Origin: Dehalococcoidia bacterium
GTDB taxonomy: Bacteria; Chloroflexota; Dehalococcoidia; DSTF01; JACRBR01
Direction of reading: 5' to 3'
DNA: 64,000 bases
NCBI GenBank assembly: GCA_021731085.1
Contig: JAKFYB010000013.1
Location: forward strand, 88,125-152,124
A program made the position numbers and the translations under genes. The notes beneath the pieces are model-generated. The model made no database searches, had not been told where the DNA came from, and worked only from the letters and a program-made list of their open reading frames with translations. Shown here in pieces: positions 10,132 through 20,387 of this stretch; the stretch's first letter is position 1; the number at the start of each line of letters is the position of its first letter.

Positions 10132-10920
10132 TTGGCTGATACCCTTCGATTGATGCTCACCGAACTCCCTCCCGGCCAGCGCGAGATTCTTCGTCCGCTG
10201 TACGCGAACTTTGGGCTGCGGCTGCATGGCCTGATCGAAGCTGTGTTCTCCGGCGAGTTCGGGCGCGCCTGGGTCGATGACCTCGCGCATCCATCGATCG
10301 CGCTGGCGAACATCGACTTCTGGCTCGTCGGCGGCAATCCGATCGCCTCGCTGGCCGACGACGCGCTGCGGTTCGTGCCGAAGGGCACGATCGTGACCGA
10401 TGGCTCGCAGGCGTGGCCTGCCCTGGTGCGCACCACGCTTTCGGGCCGCATCGTCGAGCGCACCCGCACCGGCTTCGCGACGCCACCACCGGAGGCGTGG
10501 AACCGTGATCGTCTCCGAGGGATGGCCGCCGCCCTCCCAAAGGGCTTTGAAATCCGCCGGATCGACCGCACGAACATCGCGTCGTTCCTTGTTGTCGCCG
10601 AAGACTTCGCTTCGAACTGGCGGAGCGTCGATGCGTTTCTTGAGCACGGGCTTGGGTTTGGCGTGTTTGATGCGACGCATTGTGTGTCCGGGTGCTCGTC
10701 GTTCTCGTCCGCCAACGGCAAGCTCGAGATCGAGATCGACACTGACCCGGCGTATCTGCGATACGGTCTCGCGCGCGCCGTGGCCGCCCATCTCATCGAC
10801 CACTGCCTCGACAACGGCATCGAGCCGTGCTGGGACGCGCACAATCCGGAGTCGGCAGCGCTGGCGCAACAGCTCGGGTTCACGAAGCCGTACCCGTACA
10901 CGGTGTTCGTCGTGAGCTAG
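10132..10920 (+). CDS. GNAT family N-acetyltransferase (PF12746-like C-terminal GNAT)
   Basis: C-terminal CVSGCSSFS..EIEIDTDPAYLRYGLA..CWDAHNPESAALAQQLGF. Starts at TTG immediately after the stop of the upstream gene (or ATG 10150). Confidence 0.6.
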   Translation: MADTLRLMLTELPPGQREILRPLYANFGLRLHGLIEAVFSGEFGRAWVDDLAHPSIALANIDFWLVGGNPIASLADDALRFVPKGTIVTDGSQAWPALVRTTLSGRIVERTRTGFATPPPEAWNRDRLRGMAAALPKGFEIRRIDRTNIASFLVVAEDFASNWRSVDAFLEHGLGFGVFDATHCVSGCSSFSSANGKLEIEIDTDPAYLRYGLARAVAAHLIDHCLDNGIEPCWDAHNPESAALAQQLGFTKPYPYTVFVVS

Positions 10921-11024
10921 CTCTCTTCTAGTTTCTGTCGACGTGACTCTGTAGAATCCCTCTGTTATGGACACGCAACATTCCGCAGCCGAACCAACGA
11001 CGGTTTCAGCACCGGAGGATTCGC

Positions 11025-11507
11025 GTGACCATTTCGATTCGCCCACTCAACTTCACTGACGACGCTGCGGCATGCGACTCCGTGCTCGCATCGCTTCCCT
11101 ACTTCTTCGGCGACTCTGACGGACAGCGTGACTGTGCGGTCGCCGTGCGTTCGCAGGCGGGATTCGTCGCCACCGTCGATGGCACGGTCGCCGGGTTCAT
11201 CACGCTGCTGCTGCATCTGCCTGACATCGGCGGCTCGACGGAGATCACGTGGATGGCCGTCCGCGCCGACCATCGCCGTCACGGACTCGGCACCATGCTC
11301 ATCGATGCGGCGGTGCAGCGCTGCCGCGAGGATGGCGTGCCGATGCTCAGCGTCCTGACGCTCGGTCCAAGCGTGTCGGAAGAGGCCGCTGACAACTATG
11401 AAGGCACGCGGGCGTTCTATCGCCGGATGGGCTTCGTGCCGCTGCGCGAGTTGGGCCTGCGAGATTGGAACGACGCTTCGGCGCTGATTCTCGCGCGAGC
11501 GGTCTAG
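11025..11507 (+). CDS. GNAT family N-acetyltransferase
   Basis: WMAVRADHRRHGLGTMLIDAAV acetyl-CoA binding motif; GTG start. Confidence 0.7.
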   Translation: MTISIRPLNFTDDAAACDSVLASLPYFFGDSDGQRDCAVAVRSQAGFVATVDGTVAGFITLLLHLPDIGGSTEITWMAVRADHRRHGLGTMLIDAAVQRCREDGVPMLSVLTLGPSVSEEAADNYEGTRAFYRRMGFVPLRELGLRDWNDASALILARAV

Positions 11508-11510
11508 CTT

Positions 11511-11852
11511 TCAGTGGAGCATGGGGTCGTGGCCCCAATTCATGAGGGAGTACCGCCAACGGCTCGCGCGGAAGTCGCCGCGCGGGCGCTGCGCCAGGTG
11601 CCGTCGCGCGTACGCGATGACCTTCCGCATGTGCGCAAGGTCGTCGTCCGTGTGGTCGACGCCCTTTGTGCGCAACAGCTTGACGATTCGGCGACCCGAA
11701 CGGTGGCCGACCGACTCGCCAGCCGCGTCCCTCCCCCAGCCGACGCTCCACGACTCGTCGGTCTCGAGCCAGCGCTCCAGTCGCGACGCCCGCATGTTGA
11801 CGACGGCCCGGAACTCGGCCACGATGTCTCGCTCGGCCCTGCGTTTTGCCAT
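11511..11852 (-). CDS. DUF3140-like small protein
   Basis: ~113 aa basic protein; start ATG 11852 (alternative GTG 11867). Confidence 0.4.
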   Translation of the reverse strand: MAKRRAERDIVAEFRAVVNMRASRLERWLETDESWSVGWGRDAAGESVGHRSGRRIVKLLRTKGVDHTDDDLAHMRKVIAYARRHLAQRPRGDFRASRWRYSLMNWGHDPMLH

Positions 11853-12004
11853 TGCCGACAACCTCACGGAGATCTACGCGCATCAGTCAGTTCGAGATCA
11901 AAGCCGCCAGTCACATCCGGTCCAGAAGCGATAGCTTACAAAGCTCAGAGCGCGCGCCCGTCCATCGTGAGAGAATGGTGCCAGGCAGCGATAGGAGAAA
12001 TGCG

Positions 12005-12352
12005 ATGGCGAAGATCACCGGACTCCAGTACATCATCCCGGTGCGCGACCTCGAGCGGGCGGTGAAATTCTACGCCGACGCGTTCGGCGTGGAGGAGATC
12101 TTTCGCGCGGAGCAGATCGTGTTTATGGCGGCGCCAGGCGGCGACTCGTCGTTCGGGCTGCTGGTCGACGCCGAGCACGCGGGTGGCGGGCCGATGAACG
12201 TCGGTCTCCACGTCGACCACGCGATCGAGCCCGATGACGCCGTCCGCGATGTCGAGGCAGCCGGCGGCACGATCATCGAACGCGGCGAGCACGCGCCGGG
12301 CGTGCCGTTCGCGCGCATCGCGGATCCGGACGGGAATGTCCTGGAGATCTGA
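12005..12352 (+). CDS. VOC/glyoxalase-bleomycin resistance family protein
   Basis: MAKITGLQYIIPVRDLERAVKFYADAFG.. typical VOC N-terminus; GGAGA RBS 7 nt upstream of ATG 12005. Confidence 0.7.
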   Translation: MAKITGLQYIIPVRDLERAVKFYADAFGVEEIFRAEQIVFMAAPGGDSSFGLLVDAEHAGGGPMNVGLHVDHAIEPDDAVRDVEAAGGTIIERGEHAPGVPFARIADPDGNVLEI

Positions 12353-12384
12353 TCGAGGTTGACTTCGGCTGCTACGATCGTCGC

Positions 12385-12975
12385 ATGGACGCGACCGAGA
12401 ATCTTCCCGACTGCGACCTGAATCACACGGCGCGCCAACGTTGCAGTTCTTGGCAACCCGACGAGCCAACCGACTATGGCGTCGAAGAGGCAACTCCAAA
12501 GGGTTCGAGCCGACGCTTCAGAGGATGCATCTTCGTCCCTCTCGCGGTACTTGGTGTTCTGGTGATGCTGGTGACATTCGTACCTCTCGCCTTATGGGCC
12601 GGGGACTTGGCTGGTTTAGACATCTTTCCAAGCGCACCTCAACTGCCAGCCTACGCGCATCCGCCAAGTGTCGAAAAAGAGGATGAAGTCTCAAGTCCCT
12701 GTAACCTTGACGGCCGAGAGCTCTGCCGTCACGTGTACTTCCATCTGCCAGAAGATTGGGCGACGATTCGCGACGATGTCGCGCAGAACCTTACGGATCG
12801 GGGTTGGACGATCCGCGTGCTACCTCGTGCTAGTGAGGACTACCTGTCTGCTAGTTCGCCAACTGGCGAGACCTGCCTCCGGTACTCCGCGCTGGAACCT
12901 GGCCCCTTCGCCGACCGCCCTCTGACGTACAAGCAAATCCTAGCCGTGGTCGTCAGCCCTTGCTCCTTTGACTAA
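12385..12975 (+). CDS. hypothetical membrane-anchored protein
   Basis: 196 aa, one TM helix (VPLAVLGVLVMLVTFVPLALWAG), no recognisable domain; locally lower G+C than neighbours. Confidence 0.35.
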   Translation: MDATENLPDCDLNHTARQRCSSWQPDEPTDYGVEEATPKGSSRRFRGCIFVPLAVLGVLVMLVTFVPLALWAGDLAGLDIFPSAPQLPAYAHPPSVEKEDEVSSPCNLDGRELCRHVYFHLPEDWATIRDDVAQNLTDRGWTIRVLPRASEDYLSASSPTGETCLRYSALEPGPFADRPLTYKQILAVVVSPCSFD

Positions 12976-13027
12976 GGCCCACTCCTGACATCCGACGTCA
13001 GTACGCCATCGACGGCGCGAACACCCG

Positions 13028-13036
13028 TGCTAGAAT
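13028..13036 (+). promoter_or_regulatory. extended -10-like element gTGcTAGAAT upstream of uvrA
   Basis: TGnTAGAAT ~95 bp upstream of the uvrA ATG; pattern only. Confidence 0.25.
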
Positions 13037-13129
13037 GGCGTTCCGACTGCGATAGCGCGCACTCTCGCGGCCGGCGAGGGCGCGGCGAGCAGCGCCCCGA
13101 CACGAACCTCTACTCAGGAGCCGATACTG

Positions 13130-16100
13130 ATGCCTCTCGACGCGATCGTCGTCAAGGGCGCCCGCGAGCATAACCTCAAGGACATCGACGTTACGATCCC
13201 GCGCGACAAGCTCGTCGTGATCACGGGGCTGTCGGGGTCGGGGAAGTCGTCGCTCGCCTTCGACACGATCTACGCCGAGGGTCAGCGCCGATACGTCGAG
13301 TCGCTCTCAGCGTATGCTCGCCAGTTCCTGGGGCAGATGGAGAAGCCCGACGTCGACTACATCGAGGGTCTTTCGCCCGCGATCTCGATCGACCAGAAGG
13401 GCGCAAGCCACAACCCGCGCTCGACCGTTGGCACCGTAACGGAGATCTACGACTACCTACGGCTGCTGTACGCGCGCGCCGGCACGCCGCACTGCCCCAC
13501 CTGCGGGCGCCCGATCGAGCGGCAGACAGTGCAACAGATCGTCGATGCGATCCTGGGTATCGAGGCCGGCAATCGGCTGATGCTGCTTGCGCCGATCATC
13601 AAGGATCGCAAAGGCGAGCACCTGCACGTCTTCGAGGACGCGCGGCGGGCGGGCTTTGTGCGCGTGCGCGTCGATGGGCGCATCCGCGATCTCGAAGAGG
13701 AGATCAACCTCAACAAGAAGACCAAGCACTCGATCGAGGTCGTCGTCGACCGCCTGATCACCGAAGGTCCCGATGGCGCAGCGGACGGTAGCGCATCGAG
13801 TGCGAGCCGCCTCGCCGAGAGCGTCGAGCAGGCGCTGAAGTTGGGCACGGGTACGGTGCTTGTGGTCATCGAGCCGCCCGTCGAGGCGCAACCGCAGCGA
13901 TCGAAGGCGAAGCAGATCGCGCCCGCCGTCGAAGAACGGCTGTATTCGGAGCACTACTCCTGCGCGTTCGACGGCACGTCGATCGGGGAGCTGGCGCCTC
14001 GGAACTTCAGCTTTAACTCGCCGCACGGCGCATGTCCCGACTGCACCGGGCTCGGCCTGAAGATGCAGCTCGACCCGGCGCTCGTGATCCCGAACCACAG
14101 CCTCTCGATCAAGGACGGCGCGATCGCGCCCTGGCAGCGCGCGGCGGCGACGAACACCTGGTACTTCCGGATGGTCGAGGCGGTGGCGAAGAAGCACGGC
14201 TTCAAGCTCAATGTCCCGATCAAGGACATGAAGAAGGCCGACCTCGACATCATCCTCTACGGCGACGAAGGCAAGATCGAACTCAAGTACCAGACGTCGG
14301 GCGGGCACACGAACCGCTGGGACACGAAGTTCGAGGGCGTGCTCACGAACATGGAGCGGCGCTACCGCGAGACCGACAGCGACTACGTCCGCGGCGAGAT
14401 CGAGCGCTACATGGCGGCGGTACCGTGTTCGACCTGCGGCGGCGCGCGGTTGCGACCGGAGACGCTCGGCGTAACGGTGGCGGACAAGAACATCGCCACC
14501 TTCACGCGCATGGACGTGCGCGAGGCGCTGGCATGGATCGAAGAACTGGCGGGGCCGAAGACAAAGCTCAGCGAGCGCGAGCAGATCATCGCGAAGCAGA
14601 TCATCAAGGAAATCCGCGAGCGCCTGACGTTCATGAACGATGTCGGCCTCGACTACCTGACGCTCGACCGCGCGGCCGGCACGCTGTCCGGCGGCGAGGC
14701 GCAGCGCATTCGGCTGGCGACGCAGATCGGTTCGAGCCTGATGGGCGTGTTGTACGTCTGCGACGAGCCGAGCATCGGCTTGCATCCCGCTGATGACGAG
14801 CGCCTGATCAAGACGCTCATCCGCCTGCGCGACATCGGCAACACCGTGATCATCGTCGAGCACGACGAGTCGATGATGCGCGCCGCCGACCACATCGTCG
14901 ACATGGGGCCGGGCGCGGGCGAACACGGCGGCCATGTCGTTGCGCAGGGCACGATCGACGACATCATGGCGAGCGAGGGCTCGATGACGGGCGCGTATCT
15001 CTCGGGCCGGAAGCAGGTGCCGCTTCCGGAAATGCGCCGACCTGGCAACGGCAAGTTCATCGAGATACGCGGCGCGCGCGAGAACAACCTCAAGAACGTT
15101 GATGTCGATATCCCGCTCGGCGAGTTCGTCGTGATCACGGGCGTTTCGGGGTCGGGGAAGTCGTCGCTGATCAACGAGATCCTCTACAAGAAGCTGGCGC
15201 AAGACCTCAACGGCTCGCGCGACAAGCCGGGCGCTGTGGACTCCGTACGCGGGATGATCTTCATCGACAAGGTCGTCGACATCGACCAGTCGCCCATCGG
15301 GCGCACGCCGCGCTCGAATCCGGCGACGTATACGGGCGTCTTCACGCCGATCCGGGAGATGTTCGCGAACGTCCCCGAAGCGCGGCTGCGTGGGTATACA
15401 GCGGGGCGCTTCTCTTTCAACGTGAAGGGCGGCCGCTGCGAGAACTGCGCGGGCGACGGCTACATCGAGATCGAGATGCACTTCCTGCCGGACGTAACCG
15501 TGCCGTGCGAGGTGTGCAGGGGCAGACGTTACAACCGCGAGGCGCTCGAGATCCTCTGGAAGGGAAAGAGCATCGCCGACGTGCTCGATATGACGGTGAG
15601 CGAGGCGTGCGCGTTCTTCGACGCGATCCCGCAGCTCAAGCGGAAGCTCGAGACGCTGCGCGACGTCGGCCTCGGGTACATCCGCATGGGCCAGCCGGCG
15701 ACGACGCTTTCGGGCGGCGAGGCGCAGCGCGTGAAGCTGTCGACGGAGCTTTCGAAGCGCAGCACGGGCAAGACGCTGTACATCCTCGACGAGCCGACGA
15801 CGGGCCTCTCGTTCGAAGACACGCGCAAGCTGATGGAAGTGTTGCAGCAGCTCGTCGACGGCGGTAACACCGTCGTCGTTATCGAGCATCACATGGACGT
15901 CGTGAAGAACGCCGACCACATCATCGACCTCGGGCCCGCCGGCGGCGACCGTGGCGGGCGGTTGATTGCGACCGGCACGCCGGAGGAGGTCGCGCTCGTC
16001 GATGAAAGCGCGACGGCGGAGTACCTGCGAAGGATTCTCCCAAAGGTGCGCATCGCGGCGGTCAAGAAGAATGGGCGGAAGCCAGCGACAACGGTCGCTT

Positions 16101-16210
16101 CGACGAATGGCGCGAAGGCAACGGCATCGAAGAACGGCGCTTCGGCGAACGGGGCGAAGCCGAAGGTCGCTGTGAAGAAGAAGGCCGTCGCTGCGCGATC
16201 GAAGCGCTGA
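13130..16210 (+). CDS. uvrA: excinuclease ABC subunit A
   Basis: Two ABC ATPase modules (GLSGSGKSS.., GVSGSGKSS..), Zn-finger Cys pairs. 1026 aa with a Lys/Ala-rich C-terminal tail. Confidence 0.95.
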   Translation: MPLDAIVVKGAREHNLKDIDVTIPRDKLVVITGLSGSGKSSLAFDTIYAEGQRRYVESLSAYARQFLGQMEKPDVDYIEGLSPAISIDQKGASHNPRSTVGTVTEIYDYLRLLYARAGTPHCPTCGRPIERQTVQQIVDAILGIEAGNRLMLLAPIIKDRKGEHLHVFEDARRAGFVRVRVDGRIRDLEEEINLNKKTKHSIEVVVDRLITEGPDGAADGSASSASRLAESVEQALKLGTGTVLVVIEPPVEAQPQRSKAKQIAPAVEERLYSEHYSCAFDGTSIGELAPRNFSFNSPHGACPDCTGLGLKMQLDPALVIPNHSLSIKDGAIAPWQRAAATNTWYFRMVEAVAKKHGFKLNVPIKDMKKADLDIILYGDEGKIELKYQTSGGHTNRWDTKFEGVLTNMERRYRETDSDYVRGEIERYMAAVPCSTCGGARLRPETLGVTVADKNIATFTRMDVREALAWIEELAGPKTKLSEREQIIAKQIIKEIRERLTFMNDVGLDYLTLDRAAGTLSGGEAQRIRLATQIGSSLMGVLYVCDEPSIGLHPADDERLIKTLIRLRDIGNTVIIVEHDESMMRAADHIVDMGPGAGEHGGHVVAQGTIDDIMASEGSMTGAYLSGRKQVPLPEMRRPGNGKFIEIRGARENNLKNVDVDIPLGEFVVITGVSGSGKSSLINEILYKKLAQDLNGSRDKPGAVDSVRGMIFIDKVVDIDQSPIGRTPRSNPATYTGVFTPIREMFANVPEARLRGYTAGRFSFNVKGGRCENCAGDGYIEIEMHFLPDVTVPCEVCRGRRYNREALEILWKGKSIADVLDMTVSEACAFFDAIPQLKRKLETLRDVGLGYIRMGQPATTLSGGEAQRVKLSTELSKRSTGKTLYILDEPTTGLSFEDTRKLMEVLQQLVDGGNTVVVIEHHMDVVKNADHIIDLGPAGGDRGGRLIATGTPEEVALVDESATAEYLRRILPKVRIAAVKKNGRKPATTVASTNGAKATASKNGASANGAKPKVAVKKKAVAARSKR

Positions 16211-16231
16211 CTTAGCGAACGCGAATCGACG

Positions 16232-16729
16232 ATGACCAAGGATGATCTCCTCGCGGCGATCCACGATGATCGAGCAAGGCTCGAAGCAGTGCTCGCGCCC
16301 TTGACCGACGCGCAGCTGGAAGCGCCGGGTCCCGGTGGTGGTTGGGGCGTGAAGGGGCATCTGTCGCACATCGCGGCGTGGGAGCGCATGATCGGCGCGC
16401 ATCTCGACGACCGTTCTGCGCATACCTACGCGTGCATGACGCCGGCGCAGTACGTTGATGCGTCGCTCGATGAGTTGAACGCGCGGCTGCATGAATTGCA
16501 TGCCGATGATGCCTTGGTCGACGTGAAGCGAGAGTTCGCGGACGCGCATGCGGCGATCGTGGCGTTCTTGGAGGCGATACCAGAGTCTCGGTTGTCGGAG
16601 TTGTACTGGGGCGATGATGCGGCGCGGCGGACGGTGCTGGAGAAGGTGTCGGGTGATACGTATCTGCACTATCGTGAGCACGCCACGTGGATCAGGGAGC
16701 TAGAAGCTCGACAAGGCCTGCCAAGATGA
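16232..16729 (+). CDS. ClbS/DfsB-family (DUF1706) four-helix-bundle protein
   Basis: HLSHIAAWERM..YLHYREH motifs of the ClbS/DfsB family. Confidence 0.6.
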   Translation: MTKDDLLAAIHDDRARLEAVLAPLTDAQLEAPGPGGGWGVKGHLSHIAAWERMIGAHLDDRSAHTYACMTPAQYVDASLDELNARLHELHADDALVDVKREFADAHAAIVAFLEAIPESRLSELYWGDDAARRTVLEKVSGDTYLHYREHATWIRELEARQGLPR

Positions 16730-17121
16730 GGGTGAAGTGCCTCAGAACATATCCAACCGAAGATGAGATCGCCGCGATGGACGGATTCTATCGCGACCAA
16801 CAATTCAGTGTACGGCGCGGCGAAGTCTATACCGTGTTCGCAATCAGCTTCGACATCAAGTCGAAACTATTCGGGACGTGTACTGTGCTCTTGCTTCCGG
16901 GAGAGTTCGACCGCTTGATGATGGTTCCGCTCGGTATGTTCGAAGTAGTCGACGCCAGGATATCACCGACCTGGCGCATCAAGTCTTTTTCGGACGGCGG
17001 CGTGTTGCTGGGCGCGCCGGAGTATCTAGCCAACGAGTGCTTTGGAGACGACCTTTTCGAGCGAGTGGGTGACGTACACACGATTTATCTTCGCATACTG
17101 GAGCGACTCGATGCTGAGTAG
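16726..17121 (+). CDS. hypothetical protein
   Basis: ATG overlaps the stop of the upstream gene (ATGA). 131 aa, no recognised domain, lower G+C than flanks. Confidence 0.4.
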   Translation: MRVKCLRTYPTEDEIAAMDGFYRDQQFSVRRGEVYTVFAISFDIKSKLFGTCTVLLLPGEFDRLMMVPLGMFEVVDARISPTWRIKSFSDGGVLLGAPEYLANECFGDDLFERVGDVHTIYLRILERLDAE

Positions 17122-17145
17122 GAGAGCGATCAGGAAGTCGAGCGA

Positions 17146-17625
17146 TTGAAGCACATGAAAAAGGCCGCGCTCCTCGAATCGATACGGCGGGAACGGGCGG
17201 AGCTGAACGCGATCATCGCGCGCGTCGGCGAGCCGGGGATGGTGGAGCCTGCGCTCGACGATGATTGGTCGATCAAGGACGTCATCGCGCACATCACGGC
17301 GTGGGAGCAGTTGTGCCTGGTGTGGGTGAGGACGGAGCATCGAGGCGAGGGGCCGTTCACGCCAAAGTCCCTCGACGCGCTGAACGCGAAGCTGCACGAC
17401 GAGAACCAGACGCGCTCGCTGGAGGACGTGCTTGCGGATGCCCGCCGGTCGTACGAGGAGTTCGTCGCGATGGTGGAGGAGCAGACGGATGAGACGCTGG
17501 CCACGCCGCCGTCGTGGGCGGATCCGCCGCTGGGGCAGGTGATAAGCTCGAACAGCGACGACCACTATCGCGAGCACATCGATCAGCTGATGCGGTTGCT
17601 GAAGCCGCCGCAGACAATCGACTGA
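17146..17625 (+). CDS. ClbS/DfsB-family (DUF1706) protein, paralogue
   Basis: VIAHITAWEQL..HYREHIDQL. Start TTG 17146 or ATG 17155. Confidence 0.6.
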   Translation: MKHMKKAALLESIRRERAELNAIIARVGEPGMVEPALDDDWSIKDVIAHITAWEQLCLVWVRTEHRGEGPFTPKSLDALNAKLHDENQTRSLEDVLADARRSYEEFVAMVEEQTDETLATPPSWADPPLGQVISSNSDDHYREHIDQLMRLLKPPQTID

Positions 17626-17639
17626 CGGGAGGTTCATCA

Positions 17640-18092
17640 ATGGACGAAGCAGCAATCGCCTTCCTCGAGAAGAACCACCAGGCCGCGATGACCACGCTCA
17701 AGCGCGACGGTACGCCGCACTCGGTGCGCATCGGCGTCGCGATGGTCGACGGCAAGATCTGGTCGTCGTCCACGCTGGATCGCGGGCGGACGAAGCACCT
17801 GCGCCGCGATCCACGCTCGACGCTGTTCGTGTTTGACAGCGGCTATGCGTACCTGGGGCTGGAGTGCCGCGTGACGATCCTCGACGGGCCTGACGTGCCA
17901 GACCAGAGCGTGCGGATGTTCGAGGTAATGCAGCGGGAGATGCCCGGATACACGCCCGGGACGCTCAACTGGTACGGCAAGCAGACGACGATCGATGAGT
18001 TCAAGAAGCTGATGGTAGACGAAGGTCGCATCATCTACGAGTTCGATGTCCAGAAGTTCTATGGGCTCTATACGGGCGTGCCGACGCGATGA
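17640..18092 (+). CDS. PPOX-class F420-dependent / pyridoxamine 5'-phosphate oxidase family protein
   Basis: MDEAAIAFLEKNHQAAMTTLKRDGTPH..TLFVFD.. PNPOx-like split-barrel; GGGAGG RBS. Confidence 0.65.
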   Translation: MDEAAIAFLEKNHQAAMTTLKRDGTPHSVRIGVAMVDGKIWSSSTLDRGRTKHLRRDPRSTLFVFDSGYAYLGLECRVTILDGPDVPDQSVRMFEVMQREMPGYTPGTLNWYGKQTTIDEFKKLMVDEGRIIYEFDVQKFYGLYTGVPTR

Positions 18093-18808
18093 CGGCCAGC
18101 GCTTCGCCAAAGGCGATCTTCTTCGATATGGACGGTACGATCCTCGACTGGACCACGGGGATGGAAGAGTCGTGGCTGGAGTCGTGCGAGAGGCACCATA
18201 TCGCCGACTGGCCACACAGTCCTGCTGACGTGCATGCGGCGATTCGCAAGAGACGGTTGTGGTTTTGGGATGGTCAAGAACGCGCCAAACGTGGACGGAT
18301 GGATCTCGACGGCTCTAGCCGCGAGATCGTGCGCATGGCCTTCGAAGACCTCTCTCTGCCGCATGAAGACGTTGCGCACGATCTCGCAGATTTCTACCGG
18401 GCGCTGCGCGCTACGCGCATCGTGCCGTACGACGGCGCGATCGAGACGCTTGCGCACTTCCACCAGCGTGGCATCCCTATGGCCCTTATCACAAACGGCG
18501 AGGCTCGCAACCAGCGCCGCAGCGTCACGACTCACGCCCTCGAACAATACTTCCACTGCGTTGTGATCGAAGGAGAGTTCGGCGTCGGCAAGCCGGACAA
18601 GCGCGTATTCCGCCACGCGCTGTCGGAAATTGGTTGCGAGCCGTCGGATGTGTGGATGGTCGGCGACAGCCTCGAAGCCGACATCGCGCCGGCCGTCGCG
18701 CTCGGCATGCATGCGGTGTGGGTGGATGAGACGGGCGATGGGTTGCCTCGGCGCGCGCCCGTAAAGCCGCACCGCATCGTCCGTGTGATTTCGGAGCTCG
18801 TCGAGTAG
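18089..18808 (+). CDS. HAD-superfamily hydrolase (subfamily IA)
   Basis: IFFDMDGTILD motif I, VGDS..D motif; ATGA overlap with upstream gene. Confidence 0.8.
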   Translation: MTASASPKAIFFDMDGTILDWTTGMEESWLESCERHHIADWPHSPADVHAAIRKRRLWFWDGQERAKRGRMDLDGSSREIVRMAFEDLSLPHEDVAHDLADFYRALRATRIVPYDGAIETLAHFHQRGIPMALITNGEARNQRRSVTTHALEQYFHCVVIEGEFGVGKPDKRVFRHALSEIGCEPSDVWMVGDSLEADIAPAVALGMHAVWVDETGDGLPRRAPVKPHRIVRVISELVE

Positions 18809-18840
18809 GCTGCAGACCGAGTCGAAGAAGGAGCACGCCG

Positions 18841-19239
18841 TTGAGTGAGGTCAATCGAGAGCTGGTCGAGCGTTTTACCGCGGCGCTGCGGGACGGAAAC
18901 TCCGCCGACGCAGCGCGGTGCTTTCACCGTGAGTACCGGTCGAACTCCTGGGGAGGCGACCTCGCGGAGACCTGGAAGCAGATGCAGGCCTGGTCGGCAG
19001 CGACTGCGATATCTGATCAGGAGGTAACGGCCCGCCACATCGTCTCAGAGGGCGACTACGTCGTCGCGCACGTTGCGTTCTCGGCCACGCACACCGGTGA
19101 GTTGCTCGGGGTTTCCGCCACAGGGCGTCGTTTCGAGTTCCACTCGCTCGAGATGTGGCGCGTGCAGGACGGCAAGCTCATCGAACACTGGGGCGGGACT
19201 CGTGAAGCCGCGCGTCTCCACGAGCAACTCACTCGGTAG
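18841..19239 (+). CDS. SnoaL-like / ester cyclase (NTF2-like) protein
   Basis: 132 aa; ..EMWRVQDGKLIEHWG.. typical SnoaL-like C-terminus; TTG start. Confidence 0.6.
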   Translation: MSEVNRELVERFTAALRDGNSADAARCFHREYRSNSWGGDLAETWKQMQAWSAATAISDQEVTARHIVSEGDYVVAHVAFSATHTGELLGVSATGRRFEFHSLEMWRVQDGKLIEHWGGTREAARLHEQLTR

Positions 19240-19279
19240 CACCGATCTCGACTCAAGCTTCCTGCCCTGACCGCAGCGA

Positions 19280-20380
19280 TTAGGCTGGCATACATTCGGC
19301 GCAGTCGAGATCCTCCATCGCTGCGCCGCGACGCCTGATCCACGCCTTCTGCAGCGCGACGCCGCGCTCGTTCGCGGCATCCATCGAACCGACGGCAATC
19401 ACGGTGTAGACGTTGCAGTACAGGATCGCCTTGCGGTAGTCGTACAGCGCTTCGTCGAAGCTGTAGTTCTTAGCGCCGCCGTCGACGATGATGTCGTGCC
19501 AGTTCTGCAGCAGACTCATTTCGTTCGCCTTGCGGACATCAGGTTCCAGCGAGCTGATGATGAAATACGCCACGTCGAAGATGCCGCGACCGCGCGACGA
19601 GATCTGCCAGTCGATGGCCGCAACCGGTGAGCCGTCCTTGTGGTCGAAGAAGAGGTTGTCGAGGCGGTAATCGCCGTGGATGATCGTTCGGGGCTTCGGT
19701 TCGTAGTGGTTCAGCAGGTCGATGATCTTGTCCTGCATGCGCTCGCCAGCGCTGTGCTGGTACGGCGACAGCGCGCCGCCGAAGAACTCGCAGTACGGTC
19801 CCCACGCCTGCTGGTAGGAGTTCTGTGCCGACTGATGCACGGGAGCATTGACGAACGGCATCCAGTCGAGCTTGTCAAGCTTTGGACTCTCCCACCACGC
19901 CGCGTGGTGCTTCGCCAACACCGCGATCGCCGCTTCGGCCTGCGCGATCGTGCAGCCAGCCACTTCGTCTCCTGGCGTCGCGCCGAGCGACATGTCCTCA
20001 AGCAGCAACAGGTGCTCGTCGTTGGCGACATCCATCACACGGTAGTAGCACCTCGGCACACGAATCTCGATCGACGACGCGATCTCCTCGTAGAAACGAG
20101 CCTCGCGTTCGTAGAATTGGAACAGGTTGCCGATCTCGCGATTGCCATCGTTGGTCGTCGGCATTTTCACGACCATCGAGGGAGGTGCGCTCGGAGCGCC
20201 GTCGTACTTGAGTTGAAGGCGAGCAAGCTGTCCGAACAGCCCCGCGCCAGCGCCAATACCCTGCGGCGTCACCGCAGTCACGCGGCCGCCGCCGAGCACA
20301 CCACTCTCAGCAAGCGCGCTTGTCAGCCACTCGGACGTGATCTCTTCGGGACTTCGCGGAACATTCGAACCCATGGTCAC
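19280..20380 (-). CDS. phosphotransferase-family kinase (APH/CHK/EcKL-like)
   Basis: 366 aa; Brenner-like HGDYRLDNLFF and DWQ motifs; AGGAG RBS. Confidence 0.75.
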   Translation of the reverse strand: MTMGSNVPRSPEEITSEWLTSALAESGVLGGGRVTAVTPQGIGAGAGLFGQLARLQLKYDGAPSAPPSMVVKMPTTNDGNREIGNLFQFYEREARFYEEIASSIEIRVPRCYYRVMDVANDEHLLLLEDMSLGATPGDEVAGCTIAQAEAAIAVLAKHHAAWWESPKLDKLDWMPFVNAPVHQSAQNSYQQAWGPYCEFFGGALSPYQHSAGERMQDKIIDLLNHYEPKPRTIIHGDYRLDNLFFDHKDGSPVAAIDWQISSRGRGIFDVAYFIISSLEPDVRKANEMSLLQNWHDIIVDGGAKNYSFDEALYDYRKAILYCNVYTVIAVGSMDAANERGVALQKAWIRRRGAAMEDLDCAECMPA

Positions 20381-20387
20381 TCCTGCA

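Noticed and set aside
8649-10901. 750-aa minus-strand ORF
   Set aside because: Ser/Arg-rich antisense frame overlapping BCCP/KamB-like/GNAT genes. Artefact.
9367-11046. 559-aa minus-strand ORF
   Set aside because: Antisense to the KamB-like and GNAT genes. Arg-rich, no motifs. Artefact.
12990-13030. Possible SOS/LexA box upstream of uvrA (CGAACACCCGTGC)
   Set aside because: Only a half-match to GAAC-N4-GTTC-type boxes; not convincing without a matrix scan.
13457-16681. 1074-aa minus-strand ORF spanning uvrA
   Set aside because: Arg/Leu/Ala-rich low-complexity antisense of a certain gene (uvrA). Typical high-GC open-frame artefact.
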